49,903 nt of DNA from positions 1 through 49,903 of the forward strand of contig CAYIPG010000003.1 of the NCBI GenBank assembly GCA_964365305.1, in the 5' to 3' direction. This stretch comes from an uncultured Candidatus Saccharibacteria bacterium (GTDB lineage: Bacteria > Patescibacteriota > Minisyncoccia > JACQLN01). How positions within the stretch are numbered: the first letter of the stretch is position 1; every line of letters starts with the position of its first letter. The notes under the pieces were generated by a model. The model was not told where the DNA came from, ran no database searches, and was given only the letters and a program-made list of their open reading frames with translations. This document shows positions 25,928-35,287 of this stretch, one piece after another. A program made the position numbers and the translations under genes.

Positions 25928-28138
25928 TTATGTCAATTTCCTCATTTCGCCCCAATTAGGCCCGGCCTCCATTTCCACCACCAACGGCACGGGCAAATCA
26001 ATAATATTTTCCATTATTTTTTTAATAATCGGCGCGTATTTGTTAACCGACTCCTTTTTAACTTCAAAAACAATTTCATCATGCACCTGCAAAATCATGG
26101 CGATATCGTCTGCCTTCGAAAACTCAATGTCTAGCTCTACCATAGCGGCTTTAACAACATCCCCCGTGGCCGTGCCTTGCACCGGCATGTTAATGGCCAT
26201 TCTTTCGGCGCTGGCCCGCAACATCGGATTGGGCGATTTAAGATCGTCTAAATAACGCCGCCGACCCCACAAGGTCTCCACGAAACCGCGGCTGCGGCCG
26301 AGGCGTTTCATATCTTCCATAAACTGAATCAGTTCTGGAAAATTATCCCTATATTTCTGAAAAAAGCTTTTGGCTTCAGCTAGTCCTAAGCCGGTTGATT
26401 GAGCAAAGGATTTAGGGCCCATGCCGTATAAAATTCCAAAATTAAGCGCTTTGGCTTCGCGGCGCATTTCTTTGGTAACTTCGGCGGGCTCAATATTAAA
26501 AACCTCGGCGGCGGTGCGAGTGTGAATATCCTCGCCGCGCCTAAATGTTTCTATCATTTTTTCATCGCCCGACATGGCCGCTGCCACCCGCAGTTCTATT
26601 TGAGAATAATCCACGGCCAAAATTAAAAACCCCGGCGGAGCGATAAAGGACTTTCTAATTTCCGTGCCGTACTCGCCCTTGGTGGGAATATTTTGCAAAT
26701 TGGGATTTTCCGAAGCCAGCCGGCCCGTAACCGCGCCCAGTTGCTTAAACGAGGTGTGAATCCGTCCATCTTTAAGGCTGACCAATCGAGGCAGGGCTTC
26801 CACATAGGTGGATTGCAGTTTAGAAAGCTCGCGCCAACGCAACATTAGCGGAATTATCGGATGAGCGTTCTTTAATTTTTCCAACTCCTCAAAAGCCGTG
26901 GAAAACGCGCCTTTTTTGGTTTTTTTAATTCGGGCGCCCATGCCTAAATTTAATTTTTCGAAAATGATTCGGCCTAGTTCCTGGGTGGAATTTAAATTAA
27001 AATCCTCGCCGGATAGTTCTTTTACTTTTATTTTTATTTGAATCAATTCTTGGGCTATTTTCTGGCTTAAATTTTTTAGCACGCCAACATCAATCAAAAA
27101 ACCGCGCTGTTCTATTTTTCTTAAAACCGGCGTTAACTTTTTTTCCAATTCATAAATTTTTTGGGAAAATATCTTTCTGTCTAAATAATCTTTTAAGTCG
27201 TCCTCGGTATTACTAATCAACTGACCCTGGATCTCTGGAGCTGACTGGCCTGCGCCTAAAATACCCTCCAGCCGGTTAATCAAACTCCGAAAGCCAAACC
27301 GGTTAAAAACATTTTTAACTTTTTCCGCGTCTATAACTAACTTTGAGACCTCAAGATCAAACTCCACCGGCGCGTCGCGGCTAATAGTCGCTAATTGCCG
27401 GCTTAAAAAGGCCTGATCTTTAAACTTAATCAACTTTTCTTTTAAGAGCGGTTTTATTTTTTTATCTTTGTTTAAATTTTGATAAAGATCTTCCAAATTT
27501 TTATAATTTTGAAGCAACGCAATTGCGGTTTTCTCCCCCACACCCGGCACACCCGGAATATTATCGGACGGATCGCCCTTTAGGCCTTTGTAATCAATCA
27601 CTTGACCGGGTACCAAACCCTCAAATCTTGCTTTAACCGAGGCCCCATCATAAATAACCGTGTCGGTCACGCCCTTGCGCAAGGTATAAACCTTGATGGT
27701 GTCGTTGTCTATCAACTGCAAGGTATCCATATCGCCGGTTACAATAATTTTTTCTAGATCTTTTTTGTTTTTAAATTTTTCCACCACCGTGCCCACGATA
27801 TCATCGGCTTCAAAACCGGTTTTGGCCAAAACCGGAATGCCGAAAGCCGTTACAATTTCTTTAACCAGATCAAACTGATTGACCAAGTCAATATCCACGG
27901 CGGGACGGTTGGCTTTATAATCCGTAAATTCTTTATGCCGGAAAGTCGGCCCAGCCGAATCAAAAGCCGCCAGCACGAAATCGGGCTTTAGTTCTTTAAT
28001 CACCCGCATCAAAATACTGGCAAAACCGTAAACCGCGCCCACATTCTCGCCCTGGGGCGAAGTCAACGGCGGCACGGCATGATAAGCGCGGTGGATTAAA
28101 GCGTGGCTGTCTAAAATAACCAGTTTTTCTTTTTTCAT
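25928..28138 (-). CDS. polA: DNA polymerase I (5'-3' exonuclease + polymerase; proofreading domain absent)
   Basis: EADD, GDPSDNIPGVPGVG, NPNLQNIP, DYSQIELR, QVHDE; only 736 aa. Confidence 0.95.
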   Translation of the reverse strand: MKKEKLVILDSHALIHRAYHAVPPLTSPQGENVGAVYGFASILMRVIKELKPDFVLAAFDSAGPTFRHKEFTDYKANRPAVDIDLVNQFDLVKEIVTAFGIPVLAKTGFEADDIVGTVVEKFKNKKDLEKIIVTGDMDTLQLIDNDTIKVYTLRKGVTDTVIYDGASVKARFEGLVPGQVIDYKGLKGDPSDNIPGVPGVGEKTAIALLQNYKNLEDLYQNLNKDKKIKPLLKEKLIKFKDQAFLSRQLATISRDAPVEFDLEVSKLVIDAEKVKNVFNRFGFRSLINRLEGILGAGQSAPEIQGQLISNTEDDLKDYLDRKIFSQKIYELEKKLTPVLRKIEQRGFLIDVGVLKNLSQKIAQELIQIKIKVKELSGEDFNLNSTQELGRIIFEKLNLGMGARIKKTKKGAFSTAFEELEKLKNAHPIIPLMLRWRELSKLQSTYVEALPRLVSLKDGRIHTSFKQLGAVTGRLASENPNLQNIPTKGEYGTEIRKSFIAPPGFLILAVDYSQIELRVAAAMSGDEKMIETFRRGEDIHTRTAAEVFNIEPAEVTKEMRREAKALNFGILYGMGPKSFAQSTGLGLAEAKSFFQKYRDNFPELIQFMEDMKRLGRSRGFVETLWGRRRYLDDLKSPNPMLRASAERMAINMPVQGTATGDVVKAAMVELDIEFSKADDIAMILQVHDEIVFEVKKESVNKYAPIIKKIMENIIDLPVPLVVEMEAGPNWGEMRKLT

Positions 28139-28614
28139 GTGATAGTTATTTTTCTTTGTGTGACTCCAACTGTTTCAAAGTAAATTTTTTTAGCATTTTT
28201 GGGCAGATATTTTTCTATTTTTTCCGGCCATTCGATTAAAATTATATTTTTTTTATCTTTCAAAATATCCCGAAGGCCCAAGGCCAATAAGTCCTTAGCT
28301 GATTTTAGGCGATAAGTATCTATATGAACCAAAAACTTTTTATTTGTGTGTTTATTCGTATCATTCGCATACATTCGTGGATTGGCATCGTATATCTCAA
28401 AGGTTTTCATTATTACAAAAGTTGGACTCAATATTTTTTCTTTGATTCCCAAGGCCTTGGCAAAAAATTGAACAAAAGTTGTTTTACCCGCGCCTAAATC
28501 ACCGTATAACGCAATCACCGAAGGACCGCCCTTCGCTGATATTTCCTTGACTAGTTTTTTGGACAGTTTTTGGGTGTCTTTAAGATTTTTAGCCACAAAT
28601 TCCATTGCCATCAT
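28135..28614 (-). CDS. tsaE: tRNA t6A biosynthesis ATPase TsaE, with in-frame repeat insert
   Basis: GDLGAGKTTF, SPTF, HIDTYRL, IEWP. Confidence 0.95.
   Translation of the reverse strand: MMAMEFVAKNLKDTQKLSKKLVKEISAKGGPSVIALYGDLGAGKTTFVQFFAKALGIKEKILSPTFVIMKTFEIYDANPRMYANDTNKHTNKKFLVHIDTYRLKSAKDLLALGLRDILKDKKNIILIEWPEKIEKYLPKNAKKIYFETVGVTQRKITIT
28353..28392. repeat. GxxExxY-type repeat, single arm, in frame within tsaE
   Basis: TATTCGTATCATTCGCATACATTCGTGGATTGGCATCGTA, encoding YDANPRMYANDTN on the minus strand. Confidence 0.85.
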
Positions 28615-28695
28615 AGTAGCAATTCTATCTGACTAAAAAAAGGAGCGTTCGTTTGAACGCTCCTTTCGCAATCTGAAGGACTGGCCTTCAGGAAT

Positions 28696-29328
28696 TTATT
28701 TTCTGGTGGCGGCGCGGATTGTCCGGCGCAGTAGGTCGTTGATGTTAAGTCGGACGGTGAAATTGTTGCCATTCCCATACTGGTTTGGGTAAATCTGCGG
28801 CAAGTAAGCCACATAGTTCACATACCGCCAGGAATGCTGGCCGGTATAGGTGTAGTAGTTATACTTATACCCCAACGGTGATCGCGGCAAAATCAGATAG
28901 GTGGTGTTGATGTCCAACACCACCCCATCAAAGCCCTCCGAAATCACCAAGACAGTGTAGTCGTTCCCGGGCAAGAAGAAACCCGCCAGTTTCTCGCCCG
29001 CCGGCGCGCCGTATTGTTCTAGCGCCGGGCCGACTTGAAAGTAACCGATCGGGTCCACATTTAGTTTGGCCATGCCGTCATAGCCATAGACCAGCAACTG
29101 GTCACGACTGTAGTACCCTTGGAAAATCAAGCACTTCTGCCACACTCCCACTGTTCTGTTAACAAAAAGCGCCGTGGAGATATGGGTTTCGGGAACTTTC
29201 TTGAGCGGCTGGATCGGAAGATTCTCCAAATCCTTCTTCTCCTCTTTTGATGGAGGATTTAATCGGATCTGGTAAGCGCAGCCGGAAAGAATCACAGCTG
29301 CCATTAGCATCAGAAGCTTTCTAGCCAT
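28696..29328 (-). CDS. Hypothetical lipoprotein
   Basis: Lipobox ILSGC; AAGGAG RBS; upstream TTGACA promoter; downstream terminator ~28638-28666. Confidence 0.7.
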   Translation of the reverse strand: MARKLLMLMAAVILSGCAYQIRLNPPSKEEKKDLENLPIQPLKKVPETHISTALFVNRTVGVWQKCLIFQGYYSRDQLLVYGYDGMAKLNVDPIGYFQVGPALEQYGAPAGEKLAGFFLPGNDYTVLVISEGFDGVVLDINTTYLILPRSPLGYKYNYYTYTGQHSWRYVNYVAYLPQIYPNQYGNGNNFTVRLNINDLLRRTIRAATRK

Positions 29329-29471
29329 CTCAATCTCCTTGTCTTTCCAAGGCTTAGCCTTGGATGGATTAAGTTGCCAAAGAACTGGCCTTTTTATATC
29401 TCTTCTATAATATCAAATAAAATATATTTGTCAATAGGTGGGGAAAATGAGAAATATAATACAATAAAGTC

Positions 29472-31181
29472 ATGCCTACACTAGAAGAAACTCGTGAGGA
29501 AAAATTAGAAGATGTGCGCCGGCAAGAAGAAGAACAGCGCGCCGAGGCCTTGGCCGAAAAAACCGGTGCCCATTATATTAACTTGGCCAAGGTGCCGGTT
29601 CAACGCGATTCGCTTCATTTTATTCCCCAAGCCGAAGCCGAGCGCGCCGGTGTTATTGTAATTCAGCAATCCGGACAAGTATTAAAAGTGGGCGCGCTGG
29701 ATCCGGCCAATAAAGAAACTCTTCAAATTTTAGAACGGCTTAAAGCCCAGGGATTTAAAGTTGATGTTTTTTTAATTTCGCGCTCGTCTTTTAAAAAGGC
29801 GCTGGGCGAATTTAAATTTATTCCAACCCAAATCAAGGGCGCGGCCACATCGGGGCAGGTTTCATTAGAACAGATTGAATCGTTAAAAAAAGAAATCACC
29901 AGTTTCGCGGCCTTAAAAGAAAAGTTGGAAAAAATTTCCGCCGGCGAAACCAGTATTCTTTTGGAACTATTTTTAAGCAGCGCTCTAAATTTAGACGCTT
30001 CCGATATTCATGTGGAACCGCAACAAAACCAGGTGCAAATTCGTTTTCGTTTGGACGGCGTTCTGCAAGACGCTGGCGCAATTTCGGCTATAACTTATCA
30101 ATCCGCGCTGTCGCGCATAAAATTGCTCTCGGGTTTGCAATTAAATGTTCAAAACATTCCTCAAGACGGCCGGTTCACGATAAAACAAGGGGGCGAAATG
30201 GGAGAAAAGGGTAAAATGGGGCAGGTGGGTGAGAAGGGAGAAATGGGAATGGAGGTTGAGATTAGAACTTCGATTTTACCAGGCGCGTACGGCGAATATA
30301 TTGTTTTAAGAATTCTAAATCCCAACGCCATTAAACTAGAAACCAAGGACCTGGGCTTGCGTGATTACTTATGGCAACCCTTAGAAAAAGAAATTAAAAA
30401 AACCAGCGGCATAATTTTGGTGACTGGTCCCACGGGTTCGGGCAAAACCACCACGCTTTACGCTTTTTTAAAATATCTAAATAAGCCCGGCGTGAAAATA
30501 ATTACTTTGGAAGATCCCATAGAATATCATCTGCAGGGCGTGAATCAATCACAGATAGAACCGGAGAAGGGTTATACTTTTGCGCAAGGGTTAAGATCGG
30601 TTTTGCGGCAGGATCCCAATGTTATTTTAGTGGGCGAAATCCGAGACGAAGAAACCGCTGATGTGGCTTTGCACGCGGCTTTAACCGGCCACTTGGTTTT
30701 TTCCACTCTACATACCAACGATGCTGTGGGCGCTATTCCCCGATTTTTGGATTTGAACGCCAAGCCGCAAATTTTGGCCTCGGCACTAAATGCGGCCGTG
30801 GCCCAACGGCTGGTGCGAAAACTTTGTCAGACCTGCAAGAAAATAATATCGGACCCAACTTTGATTGAAAAAATTAAAAAAGATCTTATTGATGTAAAAG
30901 ATGAAATAAAATCTTGGCCAGCCGAAATTAAAATATATGAAGCGGCGGGTTGTGATAAGTGCGGCCATACCGGCTACAAGGGGCGAATTGGCGTCTTTGA
31001 AATGCTATTCGTGAACGAAGGTCTGGAAAAATTAATCGGCCAGAATCCCTCGCATCAACAAATTTTGGAAGAAGCCAAAAAACAGGGTTTTATAACCATG
31101 TATCAGGATGGCTTGATGAGAGTGCTGGCGGGAGAAACAACTCTGGACGAAGTTAGCCGAGTGACCAGCCAAGAAACTTAA
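29472..31181 (+). CDS. GspE/PilB family type IV pilus assembly ATPase
   Basis: ASDIHVEP, PQDGRF, GPTGSGKTT, EDPIEY, LRQDPN, TGHLVFSTLHTN, CxxC motifs. Confidence 0.95.
   Translation: MPTLEETREEKLEDVRRQEEEQRAEALAEKTGAHYINLAKVPVQRDSLHFIPQAEAERAGVIVIQQSGQVLKVGALDPANKETLQILERLKAQGFKVDVFLISRSSFKKALGEFKFIPTQIKGAATSGQVSLEQIESLKKEITSFAALKEKLEKISAGETSILLELFLSSALNLDASDIHVEPQQNQVQIRFRLDGVLQDAGAISAITYQSALSRIKLLSGLQLNVQNIPQDGRFTIKQGGEMGEKGKMGQVGEKGEMGMEVEIRTSILPGAYGEYIVLRILNPNAIKLETKDLGLRDYLWQPLEKEIKKTSGIILVTGPTGSGKTTTLYAFLKYLNKPGVKIITLEDPIEYHLQGVNQSQIEPEKGYTFAQGLRSVLRQDPNVILVGEIRDEETADVALHAALTGHLVFSTLHTNDAVGAIPRFLDLNAKPQILASALNAAVAQRLVRKLCQTCKKIISDPTLIEKIKKDLIDVKDEIKSWPAEIKIYEAAGCDKCGHTGYKGRIGVFEMLFVNEGLEKLIGQNPSHQQILEEAKKQGFITMYQDGLMRVLAGETTLDEVSRVTSQET
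30195..30248 (+). repeat. Six 9-bp tandem units inserted in frame in the PilB-like gene
   Basis: GAAATGGGA GAAAAGGGT AAAATGGGG CAGGTGGGT GAGAAGGGA GAAATGGGA. Confidence 0.8.
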
Positions 31182-31185
31182 TCTT

Positions 31186-31370
31186 TTTGGCGAAAAGATC
31201 TGCAGGCAAACCCCCGGAGGGGTAACCCCCGAATCTTGGGAAACACAGGGAAAGCGACCTACCGAGGAGAGGTTCAGCCAAAATGCCGAAGCAAGCCAAC
31301 CAAACCATCCTAAAATCTAGATAAGACGCCCTTTGCCTACAGGTCTCTTAGTCAAATTTAAATAACTCTA
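31186..31370 (-). ncRNA. Candidate 6S-like RNA (~185 nt)
   Basis: TTGACT-17-TAAAAT promoter (31404-31376); ~25-bp closing stem 31186-31210 / 31332-31356; GC-rich intergenic region without an ORF. Confidence 0.5.
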
Positions 31371-31500
31371 ACTCCATTTTATCGCCTAAAAAACAACAAG
31401 TCAAGGGATGATATGTCAAATAATGTGTCTAATACATGGAAAAACTGTGTAAAAATTGTACATAAGTTATTGAAAAGAGGTAAGATAAGCTGAATATAAA

Positions 31501-32508
31501 GTGATGATAACTCAACAACAAACCACGCCCGAAGACCAGGTCTTGGATCAAACCTTAAGACCCGATAATCTGAATGAATATATCGGCCAAAATCAAACTA
31601 AAGAAAATCTTAAAATACTTTTAAGCGCTGCCCAAAAAAGAAAAGAACCGGTGGAGCATATTCTTTTGCACGGCCCAGCCGGTTTGGGCAAAACCACTCT
31701 GGCCCATATTATCGCCCGTGAACTCGAGCGAGGTATTAGGGTTACTTCCGGCCCGGCTCTAGAAAAAGCCGGCGACCTGGGCGCCATACTCACCAACCTT
31801 AAGGACGGTGATATTTTATTTATAGACGAAGTCCATCGTTTGAATAAAGTGGTGGAAGAAATGCTTTACCCCGCCATGGAGGATTTTGTTTTTGATATTG
31901 TTATCGGTAAAGGGCCCTCGGCCCGAACCATCCAGCTCAACCTGCCTCATTTTACTTTGATCGGCGCCACCACCAACATCGGCAGTTTGGGCTCGCCCTT
32001 CCGCAGCCGTTTCGGCGCGACTTATCGTTTGGAATTTTATAAAAATGAAGATATAGAAAAAATCTTGCGGCGCTCGGCCCGAATACTAAAAGTAAAATCA
32101 GACGCCGCCGGCCTGAATCTGGTGGCTTCACGCAGTCGCCAAACGCCGCGTGTGGCCAATCGGTTGTTAAAAAGAGTGCGGGATTACACCCAAGTAAAAG
32201 CCGACGGCGTTATAACTTCGGCCTTGGCCCATAAGGCCTTAGACATGCTGACGGTGGATCATTTGGGTTTGGAAAATGTGGATAGAAAAATATTGGAAAC
32301 GATTATGAAAAAATTTCGGGGCGGACCGGTGGGCTTACAGGCCTTAGCCGCCTCCATTGGCGAAGAGGAAAATACTATTTTAGAGGTCTACGAACCCTAC
32401 TTGATGCAACTCGGGTTTATCAACCGTACACCCCGCGGCCGCGAAGCCACCGCGGCGGCTTATGAACATCTAAACATTCCAGCGCCCAAGACCTCTGCGC
32501 TGATATAG
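31501..32508 (+). CDS. ruvB: Holliday junction helicase RuvB
   Basis: [35 protein letters not shown]. Confidence 0.97.
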   Translation: MMITQQQTTPEDQVLDQTLRPDNLNEYIGQNQTKENLKILLSAAQKRKEPVEHILLHGPAGLGKTTLAHIIARELERGIRVTSGPALEKAGDLGAILTNLKDGDILFIDEVHRLNKVVEEMLYPAMEDFVFDIVIGKGPSARTIQLNLPHFTLIGATTNIGSLGSPFRSRFGATYRLEFYKNEDIEKILRRSARILKVKSDAAGLNLVASRSRQTPRVANRLLKRVRDYTQVKADGVITSALAHKALDMLTVDHLGLENVDRKILETIMKKFRGGPVGLQALAASIGEEENTILEVYEPYLMQLGFINRTPRGREATAAAYEHLNIPAPKTSALI

Positions 32509-32558
32509 ATCCCACACCTTTTAGATGAATAAATAATAAACATAAAAAGGTGCGGGAT

Positions 32559-32592
32559 AAAAAAGCCGCCTCTCGACTATGCGAGAGGCGGG
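32559..32592. terminator. Intrinsic terminator hairpin
   Basis: CCGCCTCTCG-ACTATG-CGAGAGGCGG with an A-tract on the left (U-tract on minus). Confidence 0.65.
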
Positions 32593-32600
32593 AATAAAAG

Positions 32601-32857
32601 TTACTTGCCGAATTTTTCGGCAAAGAAAAAGAAATCGATAAGATCAATCACGCCGTCTTGATTGAGATCAAACTTCGGATCAAAGCCGACCCGCCTGGGC
32701 CAGTAGCGCCACCCAGATTAACGATCTGAATAGATGATTGGTTGTTATCAACAGCAGTGTAAGCCACTCGTCCTTTGACGGTCTGGGCCTGAATACTAAC
32801 CGCCGCAATAAACAGCATCACCCCGACAATACCTAAAAAGAAACTAAACCGTTTCAT
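32601..32857 (-). pseudogene. Degenerate secreted protein: signal peptide plus frameshifted dockerin/EF-hand tail
   Basis: MKRFSFFLG...QAQ signal; alternative frames give GFDPKFDLNQDGVIDLIDFF and FAEKFGK*. Confidence 0.55.
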
Positions 32858-33048
32858 GACGCAACCTCCTTTTAGATTTGTGAACTACTGATTGATTTTT
32901 TACTTTTTAAGGAACACTAAAGAACGCCCATAATTTAACATATTAAGTAGGATATATGTAAAGGGGGGTAAGAATAGACAAATAATTTCGGTTTTATAAC
33001 CTCCAATGTGTATGGTAAACACTTTATCGCTTCAAAGTAAGAAAGTGT

Positions 33049-35235
33049 TTAAGGATTGGGGGTGGTTGGAGTGATTGGTGGAGTTAAAAGTTGTTTGGGA
33101 GCAATCGGGACGGTAGCGCCGAACCAGGCGCGCACGGCTGACTCCCAATTATTAAACATGGGGTCGTTGGCGGGGTTGGCCGGCGGCGGTCCAGTGGGAT
33201 CATCGCGGTTAATATAATACAAAGTGGAATGAATGGCGCCGTTAATAATATATTCGCCGTTTAGAATGGGTTTGGCGATTGTTTTCTTTTCCGGCGGAGT
33301 AAAACTTTCCGGTGGCAGATTTAATTTCTCAAAGGCCTGCTGCAAAAAGGCGCGCCAAATAGGCGCGGCCACATAAACGCCTGGCTCCTGTTTTATGGGC
33401 GTGTTGTCGTTGTTGCCAGTCCAGACCCCTACCACCAATGAGGGCGTATAACCGATGGTCCAACCATCGCGAAATTCGTTGGTGGTTCCGGTTTTTGCCG
33501 CTACCGGCCTATCGGAAAAGTAAAGCGCGCTGCGCGCGCCAAAAACCGGCGAGCGAGCGACATTATCAGAAAGTATATCCGAGACCAAACGAGTTACTTC
33601 TGAATCCAAAACAGAAACCGGCTCATCTATAAATTCTTCCAGGACCTTGCCTTTGCTATCTTCTATTCTCAAAATAGGCGCGGGCGCGTGCTTTACGCCT
33701 TCGGTGGCAAAAATCCCAAAAGCCGAAGTCATTTCTAAAAGTTTGACTTCACCGCCGCCTAAAACCAAAGACAACCCAAAACGGGAACGATCTTTAAGCG
33801 TGGAGAGACCCATATCTTCGGCGGTGTTTATGGAATCATCCACACCGGCTAGATAAAGCATTTGGACCGAAGGAATGTTTAAGGAATTAGACAGGGCCTG
33901 ACGAACCGTAACCGGACCGCGGTATTTTAAATCAAAGTCGCGCGGCGAATAACATTGTGATCCCTGGTAAACCGGAACTCCCGCGGCGTTGCAACCGGTG
34001 TCAAACTGGGTAGGTATATCAAACAACATGGTTTTATCGGTAAAACCCTTCTTAAAAGCGGTGGCGTAGACAAAAGGTTTGAAGGCCGAACCGGGCTGGC
34101 GGCTGCGCGTGGCCACATTAACATTGCCCTCAAATTTACAATTGACTCCCGGATCACAGCCCTGGGGCAAAGGATCTTTCCAATAATCGCGCGAACCAAC
34201 CATAACCAATATTTGGCCTGTCTTAGGATCAATAGCCATCAGCGCGGAGTTATAAGCGCCCAACGCCTCGTTTCTTTTAGCCCCTTCAGCCACTACATTT
34301 TCGGCGATTTGTTGAAGATCCCAGTCCAAGGTAGTTATTATTTTTAATCCGGCTTTGGCAATATAATCCTCGCCATACTTTTGCTCCAATAGATCTCTAA
34401 TATAAAAGACAAAATGAGGCGCTTTGATGCTGGCGCGCGTTTTTGAAAAATTAATATTTTGCCCTTGGGCTTTCTTAAAATCGCTTTCTGAAATATAGCC
34501 CAGTTCCGACATTTTATTTAAAATATCTTTCTGCCGCGCCATGAGTTCGGGTAAATGCTCGCCGTAGGGCGAATAATAACTGGGCGCCCGCGGCAAGGCC
34601 GCCAACAGGGCCGCTTCGGCCAAAGTCAAATCAACAGCGTGCTTGGAAAAAAAGGTTAAAGCCGCCGCCTCAATGCCATAAGCGTTAGAACCATAGGGAA
34701 TCTGGTTTAAATAAAAATTAAGAATTTCATCTTTGGAATAACGCCGTTCCAATTCTAAGGCCAAAATGGCTTCTTTTATTTTACGGGTAAAAGTGCGTTC
34801 ATCAGACAAAATGGATTTTTTAATAAACTGCTGGGTGATAGTGGAACCGCCTTGTAAATTTTCTCCGCGAAGATCGGCCCAGCCGGCTCTTAATATAGCC
34901 ATGAAATCAAGCCCGCCATGGGTGTAAAAATTGCGGTCCTCGGACACCACAGTGGCGGCCTTAACCACTTGGGGAATTTCCGAAAAAGGTACGACAGTGC
35001 GCCTTTCTTCGGCATGAATATCATATAAAATAACTTTGCCGGTGCGGTCATAGATTTTTGTGGATTCGGTTATGGTACGGTCTTCCAAATTAGACGGATC
35101 GGGCAGATTTCTGCCAAAAATAATAAAAACCGCAAAAACACCGGCCAAACCCAAAACAACCACCACCAAAATCAAACCGATGGTAAATTTTAACGCTCTA
35201 AAACCTTTTTTTCTGTGAAATTCTCTACTGGGCAT
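33049..35235 (-). CDS. Class A penicillin-binding protein (PBP1A family)
   Basis: EDRNFYTHGG, GGSTITQQ, RKIKE, PGSAFKP, SLN, KTGTT. Confidence 0.95.
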   Translation of the reverse strand: MPSREFHRKKGFRALKFTIGLILVVVVLGLAGVFAVFIIFGRNLPDPSNLEDRTITESTKIYDRTGKVILYDIHAEERRTVVPFSEIPQVVKAATVVSEDRNFYTHGGLDFMAILRAGWADLRGENLQGGSTITQQFIKKSILSDERTFTRKIKEAILALELERRYSKDEILNFYLNQIPYGSNAYGIEAAALTFFSKHAVDLTLAEAALLAALPRAPSYYSPYGEHLPELMARQKDILNKMSELGYISESDFKKAQGQNINFSKTRASIKAPHFVFYIRDLLEQKYGEDYIAKAGLKIITTLDWDLQQIAENVVAEGAKRNEALGAYNSALMAIDPKTGQILVMVGSRDYWKDPLPQGCDPGVNCKFEGNVNVATRSRQPGSAFKPFVYATAFKKGFTDKTMLFDIPTQFDTGCNAAGVPVYQGSQCYSPRDFDLKYRGPVTVRQALSNSLNIPSVQMLYLAGVDDSINTAEDMGLSTLKDRSRFGLSLVLGGGEVKLLEMTSAFGIFATEGVKHAPAPILRIEDSKGKVLEEFIDEPVSVLDSEVTRLVSDILSDNVARSPVFGARSALYFSDRPVAAKTGTTNEFRDGWTIGYTPSLVVGVWTGNNDNTPIKQEPGVYVAAPIWRAFLQQAFEKLNLPPESFTPPEKKTIAKPILNGEYIINGAIHSTLYYINRDDPTGPPPANPANDPMFNNWESAVRAWFGATVPIAPKQLLTPPITPTTPNP

Positions 35236-35287
35236 ATGACCTATCTTTGATTATATACGCATTTATCTGTTATTGTAATATAAATGT

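Noticed and set aside
25928-28138. Short PolA as a pseudogene
   Set aside because: Frame is intact and both 5' nuclease and polymerase motifs are complete; loss of the proofreading domain is compatible with function.
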